NCBI RefSeq assembly: GCF_006345805.1
Contig: NC_042998.1
Location: 139,624,001-139,688,000, forward strand
Source: Octopus sinensis
Lineage: Eukaryota
Reading direction: 5' to 3'
Length of the DNA stretch: 64,000 bases
Shown here: piece by piece, positions 53,743-64,000 of the stretch
Layout of the letters: every line of letters begins with the position of its first letter
How positions within the stretch are numbered: the first letter of the stretch is position 1
The notes under the pieces: model-generated
Database searches by the model: none
Told to the model about the DNA's origin: nothing
The model's input: the letters and a program-made list of their open reading frames with translations, nothing else
Translations under genes and position numbers: made by a program

Positions 53743-53940
53743 AAGGCTGCAAGCTGGCAGAATCATTAGCACGCCAGATAAAATGCTTAGCGGCATTTCG
53801 TCTGTCCTCATGTTCTAAGCTCGAATTCTGCCAAAGCTGACTTTGCCTTTCATCCCTTTCAGGGTCGAGAAAATAAGTACTACTTGAGCCCTGGGGTCGA
53901 TGTAATCGATTTACCCCTTCCCCCAAATTTGAAACCATTA
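53743..53940 (+). mobile_element. Dominant SINE (tail type C)
   Basis: aaggctgcaagctggcagaatcattagcacgcc head through ccccaaatttgaaacc. Confidence 0.88.
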
Positions 53941-53974
53941 TTATTGCTGTTGTCATTATTATTGGAGGGGGGGG

Positions 53975-54550
53975 AGGCGGCGAGCTGGCAGAAACGTTAG
54001 CACGCCAGGCGAAATGCGTAACCGTATTTCGTGTGCTGTTACGTTCTGAGTTCAAATTCCGCCGAGGTCGACTTTGCCTTTCATCTTTTCGGGGTCGATA
54101 AATTAAGTACCAGTACGCACTGGGCTCGATATAATCGACTTAACCCATTTGTCTATCCTTGTTTGTCCTCTCTGTGTTTAGCCCCTTGTGGGTAGTAAAG
54201 AAATAGGTATATCGTCTGCTGCTACGTTCTGAGTTCAAATTCCGCCGAGGTCGACTTTGCCTTTCATCCTTTCGGGTTGATTAAATAAGTACCAGTTACT
54301 CACTGGTGTGATCGACTTAATCCGTTTGTCTGTCCTTGTTTGTCCTCTTTGTGTTTAGCCCCTTGTGGGTAGTAAAGAAATAGGTATTTCATCTATCTTT
54401 ATGTTCTCAGCTCAAATTCCGCCGAGATCGACTTTGCGTTTCATCGTTTCTGGGTCGATAAATTAAGTGCCAGTTGCGTACTGGGGTCGATCTAATCGAC
54501 TGGCCCCCTCCCCAAACATTTCAGGTCTTGTGCCTATAGTAGAAAAGAAT
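53975..54550 (+). mobile_element. Trimeric dominant SINE: head + body-tailA + body-tailA + body-tailB
   Basis: Tail aaagaaata is followed at 54206 and 54383 by re-entry at ggtat(a/t)tc.tc. Confidence 0.92.
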
Positions 54551-55002
54551 GGATAAATATAATTGTGTAGTTTTATACCAAAATTAGATATCATTATTTA
54601 TACAATTGTTACATCAATAAATAAGATGAATGATCACAAACTGCGGCGTGTCGAACAAAAAGCTTGGCAGTATTTAGTGTAATTCCTCCCTCTTGTATAA
54701 ATTTTGTCAGCGATGACATTAGTTTTGATCCCTCACAGATCGATAAAATAAGTAACAATTAAGTACTCTAATCGATTTAATCCAATATATTCTTTTCCTT
54801 GTACAACTGGCATTTCGCCTAAGCAAGGAGTTGCTAATATAACAAAAGAAGAAAGCTATAAATGGCAGTGCTGGAGGGCACTATTCTAAATGATAAAAGC
54901 ATTTACTTCCATCACTTTACATTTCTGAATTTCCCATCTGAAATCCGACAGTGGTCGACTTGGCTTTTCCTCCCTCAGAGGTAATAAAAGATTTTCTTTT
55001 TG

Positions 55003-55197
55003 TCTTTCGCTTGTTTCGGTCATTGGACTGTGGTCATACTCGGGCACTGCCTTGAAGAGTTTTAGTCGAACAAATCGACTCCAGTACTTATTTTTCAAGC
55101 CTGGTACTTATTCCATCGGTCACTTTTACCGAGCCGCTAACAAACCAACACCAGTTGTCAAGCAATGTTGTAGGCACAAACACAAATACAAAGACCT
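55003..55197 (-). mobile_element. CORE-like SINE (third family), 3' half
   Basis: gactgtggtcatactcgggcactgccttgaag..gttgtcaagcaatgttg. Confidence 0.8.
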
Positions 55198-55278
55198 TCC
55201 TCATATATACATATATGCATATACATACATGCATACAAACATACATACATACATACATACATACATACATACACACAA

Positions 55279-55343
<65 letters not shown>

Positions 55344-55461
55344 AATCATCGATACTTCATATATCCCCAAAAAAGAAGCACACTTTATAACATTGGAGCA
55401 GTAGTATATTCAGAAGAGTTGCATATAATGTTTTTAATTCTTTTACTGGTTTTGTTGAGAT

Positions 55462-55553
55462 TCCTATCATCCTGATGAGGAGGTCATTGCCGAGATGCCC
55501 TTTAACTCGTAATCGAACCGCGGCAATGAACTTCCGAAATGGCCATAGCTGTG
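55462..55553 (+). ncRNA. Hammerhead-like motif with intact core and decayed stem I
   Basis: CTGATGA at 55472-55478. 14-bp stem II GGAGGTCATTGCCG / CGGCAATGAACTTCC. GAAA at 55536-55539. Palindromic ATGGCCAT stem III. AUA triplet. Confidence 0.55.
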
Positions 55554-55930
55554 TTTGACTTGATTTTGTGCAACTCCTTTTGCTCCTGGACTACAGCCTA
55601 CCATGGTTTTTATGAAATGAACTTTTTTGTTTGAGGGGAGTAAGAAATTTGTTTTAGTCGATTGATATTTTATTTTATTTAGATTTTTAGACGTATGACA
55701 CGCTTTAGAATTTTTAGCCGATTGTATATACCTTCTTGATAGGCCGTTCTATAAATCTGTATTTTTATTCGCATATATATTTTTTACTTTCTGTGTTTTT
55801 TTTTATATATGTATACTTTATATGTTTAAGGACCATGGTAATATTTATATATGATCAAATGTTTGGAGGCGTGGTGTTATATATAAAGACGTTGACTCGA
55901 ATTTGATGTTTGTTCTCTGATCAATATTTA

Positions 55931-56314
55931 TCTCTCTCTATATAAACGGCAGTTTGTCTGTGCGTGTTTCTGTGTGTCTGTTTGCTTGTACCCTCACCCT
56001 GACCACGGCTTTCAACCGATTCTGATGAAACTTGACACACACATAGCCCAATGTCATAATTCAAAACTAACGTAGCGAAAATTTTGAAAAGTTCCCCCAG
56101 TTCTGAAAAAAATCGATAAATTCGACATGGGGTCGAGAATCAGAAACACAAACCGCAAACTGTCTAGGGGACGCAACTCCACCTTTTTTCACTCTCAAAA
56201 AAAATTTACCATCATTTTTTTCCATTTTTTTGCTATTTTTTGGCTATAACTCTCTAAAAATGCTTTATAGTTATTTCCCTTACAAACCTGAGCAACGCCG
56301 GGCGATACTGCTAG
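55931..56314 (+). mobile_element. Non-autonomous Helitron
   Basis: 5' TC, subterminal cctgagcaacgccggg hairpin, 3' CTAG, inserted between A and T. Confidence 0.8.
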
Positions 56315-57087
56315 TATATATATAATTTATGGGATGACCCAATATAAAGGCCACCAAATAACTGTTTTTGGCACAATAACTCTTTTTTACTACAAAAATA
56401 ACCTCGGAAACAAATTCGGGTCGCACAATTTTGAGGTCATTTTCGGGCAATATTTCGATTTGCTTCTAATGTTTCACTTTCGTTCAATGTTTCACGCATT
56501 GCTAGAATTCTACTCAGACAAACATTTATGAAAATGTACATATAAATATTGTATTAAAATAAGCCACAACCTAACAAATTTCATTAAAAGACATCCATTT
56601 CTTTATATGTTATGAGGAAATACAGTCACACTCTCTCTCTCTCACACACATGCAAAGACACATACATACAAAAAAGATGTATGCATATGTATTTATGTAC
56701 GTATATATGAAATATGTGTGTGAAAGAGAGATAGATAGAGAGTGAGCGAGTGCCACTTACACATACATGCATAAAAATACATACAAGGCAACACACATCT
56801 TAACTCACTCACTCTCTCTCTCTCTTTCTCATGCACACGCACACATGCACACGTCCATACACGTACATACATCTTTCGCTTTCTCCTCTCTTTCACTTTC
56901 TCCTCTCACTTCAATGCCTTTTCAGTTCCTCCTTTCTTTCAATTTCTGTTCTCTTCAAAGCTTTTTTTTAATTTACGGAAATTAACGAACAATCATATGA
57001 TCCCATAGGATCGACCATATGATCGAGTTGACAGCTTTGCTGCTTCAGACGAAAGAATGCTAAAAAATAACTTCCTTTGGTACACGT

Positions 57088-57161
<74 letters not shown>

Positions 57162-57454
57162 TCACACACTCTAGGTAAAACTTCTGTACGAATTATGATA
57201 TTTCTTGCTGTGTGCACACGCAAAATTACATCTCAAATCCAATTGAAATGACATTTTTCTGTAATTTGTGTTTGTGATGAGCGTATTTAAAAACCTGGTC
57301 TTCGATATAAACTTAAGAGGAAGTTTATCCAGAAATTCTGTCCTTTACCCGTTGTTTCTAGCATGTCCAAGGTGATATTTGCGCCCCTCCCTCTTATTCT
57401 TTTCCTAAATTTCTTCTGATACCTATGTTTTTAATACAAGAGATAAGGATTTCA

Positions 57455-58065
57455 CCAAAAAAACACGTTCTCAATATTTTAATTTTCTTCCTCCCCACCC
57501 CAATTTCTTCATTTTTACTTTTCCAGATTTTTTTCTATGTAATCCACGGAGAAATCTTTAAGAATTTTCTTCTTCCTTTTTCCTTAAAGAAACATTAAAA
57601 TCTCCTTCCCAAACATCCACCCATCACCTCACCACTTTCAAAAAGCTACAAACTTCCAATGTTTCACTTTTAGCTTTTCGGAAAGCAGGGAAGTTTCTTC
57701 AGAAATAATGTCATTTACCTGTTGTTTCTAGCATGTCATGTTTTCTGGTGGTGGTGGTGGTTTGGTATTTACTACGTCTGCTATTTCAGAACATTTCTGA
57801 GCATGCGTGAAACATCAGATGAAAGTGAAACATTGGGTAGTTTTGGCTTTTGGAAAGCGGACAGGTGATGGGTGGGCGAGGTGGGAAAGGGGCATTAAGT
57901 GGTTCTTTAAGAAAAATTAAACTTTAAAAAATACATATATTTCCTATACTCATAATCTCTGTATTTTTCTGCGTGGATAAGAAAAAAATTCGAAAATAAA
58001 TTACAAATTAAGAAATTGCGGTGGAGACGGGGTGGAAATTATAATTTTGGAAACTTGATTTCTGG
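57455..58065. repeat. Large imperfect inverted repeat (arms about 57455-57670 and 57821-58065)
   Basis: ccacccatcacc..aaaagctacaaacttccaatgtttcacttt versus aaagtgaaacattgggtagttttggcttt..ggtgatgggtgg, and ccccaccccaatttc versus gaaattgcggtggag. Confidence 0.75.
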
Positions 58066-58294
58066 GCAAAATCGTATTAACTCCATTTCATACGATGAAA
58101 CAATACATAATTTGTGGTCTTTCTTAAGAACAGAAAGCACTTTCATGCAAACCCATGTAAATTGTACCCTCCCTACTTCACTTTTAAACAAGCAATAACT
58201 TCCATCACGCCAGTAATCAGTTCACTATATACCAGCTGTGCCGCTTCTATCCATAAGAAAGGAACAATTAATAAAATGTGGCTGTAGGTCACAA

Positions 58295-58324
58295 CACCCG
58301 GGCAATGCCGAGATGCATTGCTAG
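58295..58324 (+). mobile_element. Helitron-like 3' terminus
   Basis: cccgggcaatgccgag..CTAG-T, the same architecture as 56285-56315. Confidence 0.55.
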
Positions 58325-58350
58325 TGTTTGTGTGTGTGTGTGTATACAAA

Positions 58351-58381
<31 letters not shown>

Positions 58382-58759
58382 GCGCACACACACACACACT
58401 TTTCAAGACAATTTTTACTTTGCAGCAATGTTAGAAAAGTATCACAACAGTATAACAAAAAGGGACCTAATTAAGGAGTCTCTACTTGGTAGTTGGATTT
58501 GCTGGAAATAGCAGCCAAATTGCCCTCAATTTACACCCTACTGTCTTAAACGCAGACATACACGCACATTTCAGATAATGTGGTCCTGAATGATCGCTTT
58601 GAACGTCTTTGCTCTACTCGATCAGATCTTATGAACAACAAGAATGATAACAAGAACGACGGTAACAACAACTATTATAAATATGGACGCCAGTATGTGA
58701 GGTTGAAAAGTTACCTTCATAACTGAGCGGCGGCACCTTGGGCAAGTGTTTTTAATACA

Positions 58760-59114
58760 AACAAGAACACTCAGAGAGCGCAAACCCCCGCCGAGGCAAC
58801 ACCAACGTCCTCTCGACGATTAGCCAGAGATGATTTTTAAAATGAGAATAACTTAAATAAACTCGACTGCTCTCACAAATGAGAATACTAAAAATGAACC
58901 CGATCGCTCCCAAAAAGTAAGTAAAAAAACGGAAAAATAATCCAGTTTCCTTGTCCGATACCGGATCGATCTCAAAATCTAATCAGTTCGTGCCAGTCAC
59001 GAGGCCAAACAGCCCTGAAAGTTTCATCCAAATATTGTGTCCACAGACAAACAAACAAACAAACAAACACGACTAAAAACAATATCTCCACCTTCGCTGA
59101 GGCGGAGGTAATAA
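58760..59114 (+). mobile_element. Helentron-associated non-autonomous element (DINE/HINE-like)
   Basis: 5' aacaagaacactcagagagcgcaaacccccgcc, internal (CAAA)n, 3' hairpin ctccaccttcgctgaggcggagg with a subterminal inverted match. Confidence 0.6.
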
Positions 59115-59934
59115 ATGCGAATTTCTGTGTGTCCGTCCTCGTGGATTTCTAGTTTATGGAGTCAGCCACGTGGTGGGCGTCAACTCCACAAATGGCACAT
59201 ATTTAGAATCAGTATAACTCCAGGAGTGTTTCTCGGCTACTTTGATCCACCAGCCTGCGGCATAAATTCGGATCACCCTGTAACACCTTTAGTGCTTGCA
59301 ACCAACAAAATGTGAATTACGAAGTAATAACAATTGAAGAAGTATAGAAAGCTGACAAGCTGGATATTCGTTGGAAAATTATGTTTTAACCTATTCAGAA
59401 ACTGGTTGACAATCAGTAAGGACAATTAACATTTTTGGAACTCTTTTTCTCTTTTAATTATGCATCGGCGATAAAGTACTTTTCGTATTGGTTTGGGACA
59501 AGAGGCTTCTGGGTAGCAATTTTGTTATTGATTAAATCCATTCTCTCCAGACAAAATCCACGGAACATGAAGTGATGGTAAACTTTCTCATATTGAGTAT
59601 AGTATCCGAGAAGAAAAGCTCTTTTATATCATCAACCAACTTAATTTTCTCTTCAAAGTTTTTAAAAGTCAAATTAGAATTCGTGAAAATTACAAAGTTT
59701 ATTTATTTCCATTGAAACGACCGTAGGAATGTTGTACAATATGGACATCAAGAAGGTGTAAAACAAGACTGGAAATAAGGAGAAAAGATAAACTGAAAAA
59801 AAAAATCAAAAAGCAGAATAGCGTTAACTTCTGAATTCCAGAGAAAAGAAGAACAAACAAAAACCCAGAAAATATCGGGTGAGGTTTTTGATAGGACAGA
59901 TCAATAATAATCAGTAGTACTAAAATACCAGAAT

Positions 59935-60110
59935 ATTGTTTTCAAAATTTGGCATTAGGCTAGCAAGTCGGGGGAGGAATTAAGTGCTCAGCTGGTGCTT
60001 ATTTTATCGACCCTGAAAGAGATGAAATGTAAGTCAACCTCGGCGGAATTTGAATTGCTGCTAAGCATTTTGCCCGGCGTGCTTAACGATTCTGCCAGCT
60101 CGCCGCCTGA
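59935..60110 (-). mobile_element. Dominant SINE (tail type C)
   Basis: Reverse-complement head ccagctcgccgcct and tail ccaaattttgaaaac. Confidence 0.85.
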
Positions 60111-60125
60111 AGGTTCTAGAATATT

Positions 60126-60517
60126 CATTTTTTTATTGCCCACAGAGAGCTAAACATAGAAGGGACAAACAAGGACAGACATAGGGATTGAGTCGATTAC
60201 ATCGACCCCAGTGCGTAACTGGTACTTATTTAATTGACCCCGAAAGAACGAAAGGCAAAGTCGACGTCACCGGAATTTGAGCTCATAATGAAATATCGGC
60301 AGACGAAATACTATTTCTTTACTACCCACAAGGGATTAAACACAGAGAGGACAAACAAGGACAGACAAATGGATTAAGTCGATTATATCGACCCCAGTGC
60401 GTAACTGGTACTTAATTTATCGACCCCGAAAGGATGAAAGGCAAAGTCGACCTCGGTGGAATTTGAACTCAGAACGTAACGGGAGACGTATTAACAATTC
60501 TGCCAGCTCGCCGCCTT
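60126..60517 (-). mobile_element. Dimeric dominant SINE (two tail-A units) inside one 15 bp TSD
   Basis: TSD aggttctagaatatt at 60111-60125 and 60521-60535. Internal tail/body junction at 60311/60312. Confidence 0.9.
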
Positions 60518-60739
60518 TTGAGGTTCTAGAATATTGAGTGAATTTTTTGACACGACAATTTTACGCACGATAAATTTTATTTATGCAAATAAAAGATTAC
60601 TGATGCTATCTCATTTCTTCTTCTTCTTCTTCTTCTTCATTTTTCGTTTTATAGGCTCTTCAATTTTTACGATATTACTTTATGCCGAAGGCCCAACACT
60701 TTTTCGCTAGAGCGAGACAAAAAGATTGCTCTTAGAGCA

Positions 60740-60900
60740 GCTTTTCGGCAAGTTTACTATAATCTTGGGACAAACTCTTGTGAGTTAAATTTGGAAGGCA
60801 AAAACTGTGTACATAGAAATCTGTCTGAGAAATCGTTCCTGTTTCAAGACGACAGCTACTGTCCGTTGCCCGATTTAACACCATCTGACCACCATCTACA
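60740..60900 (+). pseudogene. Mariner transposase remnant
   Basis: FLFQDDS..PDLTPSDHHL resembles the HHDNA and YSPDLAPSDYHLF motifs with an internal deletion. Confidence 0.55.
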
Positions 60901-61067
60901 AAAAGACAGAAGGCTGGAGCCTTCTGTCTTTTTGACGAAATTCTCTCTATCGTAAGCATTTATGTCGTTATGATCAGTGCTGAATTTACTTATAGGCTTT
61001 GCAAGCTGAAACCTAAGGCTGCAAGATTCAGCGGCTGCTGGCCAATGTGCTTAATATTTTTGACACT

Positions 61068-61281
61068 AAGGCGGCGAGCTGACAGAAACGTTAGCACGTC
61101 GGGCGAAATGCTTAGCCGTATTTCGTTTGTCATTACGTTCTGAGTTCTAATTCCGCCGAGGTCGACTTTGCCTTTTATCCTTTCGGGGTCGATAAATTAA
61201 GTACCTGTTGCGTACTGGGGTCGATCTAATCGACTGGTCCCTTCTCCAAAAATTTCTGATCTTGTGCCTAGAGTAGAAAAG
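61068..61281 (+). mobile_element. Full-length dominant SINE (tail type B) with a 15 bp TSD
   Basis: TSD aatatttttgacact at 61053-61067 and 61282-61296. Confidence 0.95.
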
Positions 61282-61666
61282 AATATTTTTGACACTGCTA
61301 TGAGCCTTTTCGGGGGAACTTTTCTAGTGGAATACCCTCGGGCTTCTCTTCATTTACATTATTTCATAAAATTTGCCATGACGGCATTACAAAGAGTAGC
61401 TTGCGGGCTGGACAGAAACATTAATGAGATGAAAGATGAAAAAAGGATGAAAAAATATATATTGATGGGAGAAGACAACTGGCCTATCAAGAATGGGTAT
61501 ATATTAAGTATGATATATAGAGGACTATTTTTCGTGGTAATCCAAATAAAAATAACAAATTGGAAAGATTAAAACAAACAGAAACAACGAACGAATTTAT
61601 TCGACAGCCCATTACATGTAGTCTCATCAACATTTTCATTTTTTCTTCCCTACATGAAATAATATT

Positions 61667-61881
61667 GATTTCAAATTTTGGCTCAAGGCCAGCAATTTCG
61701 GGAGAGGGGTTATGTAGATTACATTGACCCCAATGTTGAACTGATCCTTATTTTATCGAGCCCGAAGGGATGAAAGGTAAAGGTCATCCTCGGCGGAATT
61801 TGAAATCAGAACGTAGAGACGGACGAAATGCCGCCAAGCGGTTTGCCTGGCGTGCTAACGATTCTGCCAGCTTGCCGCCTT
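61667..61881 (-). mobile_element. Full-length dominant SINE (tail type C) with an 18 bp TSD
   Basis: TSD cctacatgaaataatatt at 61649-61666 and 61882-61899. Confidence 0.93.
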
Positions 61882-63261
61882 CCTACATGAAATAATATTG
61901 ATAACGATAAAAGTAAGTTTATCGTCTGCAAACAAATCTGTTTATCAATAACGTAGTTAAACCATTTACAACTTGTAAGTATTTAATACGAGCGATCACC
62001 TCACAGTCATAACACGTCTTGAACAAGAATCAGTAGTTTACTCAAACGACTTCAACCAATTAACCTCTCCTTCCCGGCAAACAATAGCTCTTTCACCAAA
62101 CGAAATACCAATTAGACCCCTTAACAACAAGTTCTGTCACTTCTCAATCGCCTCTTATTGCTATTACGGTGAAGTTCGTTTCTTTTTTTTTGTCTATTAC
62201 TTCTTTTTCTTTATTTCGTTTACTTTTTTCTTATTCTCGTTTATTTCTTTTTCGTTATTTTATTCTCTCTCATCTTTATTTGCTGTATATTTTATTTGCA
62301 TGTGATTTTCAAAGAAAAGAAAAAGAAGGTGGAAAAAAACAAACTAACAAACAAAGAAACAGAATAAAATAATGTATTGCTCATTACGGGACTGTTATTA
62401 AGTCTGAACGAGGTGTTAACACTTTAACCGGACTTCTCTTTCCATGGGAGAAAACAATAGGCGAAGAGAAGAGAATGAGAAGTAGAACCAGAAGATGTAA
62501 CATAACCAGAAGATGCAAGCAACAACAACAACAGCGAAGACGACAACACCGATTATGAATGCATGATGAGAAATCAAGAATAAAATGGGGGAATTAAGGA
62601 GTGTCCATGTGTGTAGCTTGAATATTGAAAGAACTGCGGAAGAGGAAAGAAGAAAAGGAAGAAAGACAGTAAAGAATGCAAGAAAGTCGTGAAAAAGGAA
62701 AAGAGCCGATAAATAAGTATATAAATGAGTAAATAAATATATAAAAAGAGAAACAGTTGGATTGGTAAGTGGAGGAAGATGAAGTTGAAGAGTAAGATTT
62801 ATAAATATAGATTATTATGTACATGATAATTGTGTAAGAGCGTGAAAACTGAATAAAGACGGAGAAAAGAAGGGAAGAGAAACTAGACGTAGGGAAGGAG
62901 TGAAGAAAAGAAAAGAAAAAAGATTGTTGAGGTGTTAGGTGAGGAGAGGAGCTGTGAAAAAAAGCAAATCACTAAAGAAAGAGATGGTGAACAAAGAGAG
63001 AGGAGGTGTGTGGGAAGTTGGAAAGGACGAAGTCAATACAGAATGACTTCGCAGAAGACAGTGTTTTCACCTGAAAATATCCAATTGGTTGGTCATAAAA
63101 AAATACACAGCGAGTGTTTTACTAATTACCTGCTGGTCTTTTGACTTTAGTCAATTGGTTCTCACAGCAATCTTTATGGACAGCGGCCATTGTTGTTGCA
63201 TGTTTCCATTGTTGTTTTAGTCGTTATTGTTATTTTCTTTCTCGTTAAACGAGCAAATATG

Positions 63262-63264
<3 letters not shown>

Positions 63265-63357
<93 letters not shown>

Positions 63358-64000
63358 CATACATACATATATACGTGTATGGATGTATATACATATACAC
63401 ACACACACACAAACACACTCATACATATGTGTGTGTGTGTGTGTGCGTATGTGAGTATTTACATATGAATGTATAAATTGATATATGCATATATATATAT
63501 ATACACGAGCGCGCACGCATACATTCCCAGTCACAATCACACGTACGTATGAATATAGCTGTGTGTGAATTAATTATATACGCGCTACATATGTGTATCT
63601 ACGTATAGATTCACCACCACCATCAGCACTAACAACATCACTACCTCCATCACCATCATCGACACCGCCACCAGCACCAGCACCACCACCAGCACCACCA
63701 CCACAACACAAAACACACACATACACACTGCAATAGATGCCTCCCCAAATATTTGTCTATTAATTATTTTCTAATCATATTTCCAAAAGTCTAATCACTG
63801 CAGTGAATGAGAAGCTAACTTATATTGTTGCGCTAATGGGTTCTCTTTAACTACCATCTCACACATACCCATTAACTTTCTCATACATACATACATACAC
63901 ACACATACATGCATATATACACACACACATACATACATCCATACACACACATGCATAAATCCATACATACATACATGCATGCATGCATACATGCGTATAT
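63265..64000. repeat. Compound microsatellite block: (TA)n, (CA)n, (CAC)n, (CATA)n
   Basis: Direct inspection. Confidence 0.9.

Noticed and set aside
60900-60933. Rho-independent terminator
   Set aside because: Eukaryotic context with no prokaryotic gene upstream. Treated as a palindrome.
61264-61572. 102 aa ORF
   Set aside because: It starts at a TTG inside a SINE tail and has no recognisable motif or splice support.

Overview
AT-rich, microsatellite-dense eukaryotic genomic DNA. The SINE families and repeat landscape point to a coleoid cephalopod, most likely Octopus (inference, not a database result). No intact long ORF is present, and almost all of the ORF track is microsatellite noise. 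Supported content: (1) four short + strand exons (7853-7927, 8883-8957, 9504-9569, 13563-13672) that splice in phase 1 into the coiled-coil C-terminus of an unidentified host gene; (2) decayed Tc1/mariner, Penelope-like, R4/Dong-like (RLE), Tx1, RTE, CR1/Jockey-group and Helitron elements; (3) three tRNA-derived SINE families. The most interesting signals are a structurally complete type I hammerhead ribozyme at 23632-23690 plus decayed hammerhead-like cores, retroelements sitting inside specific microsatellites, a modular SINE that appears to insert at (A/G)(A/G)TATT sites including within its own head and shares a tail with Tx1, and several long foldback hairpins. All alignments were done by eye and coordinates of decayed elements are approximate.
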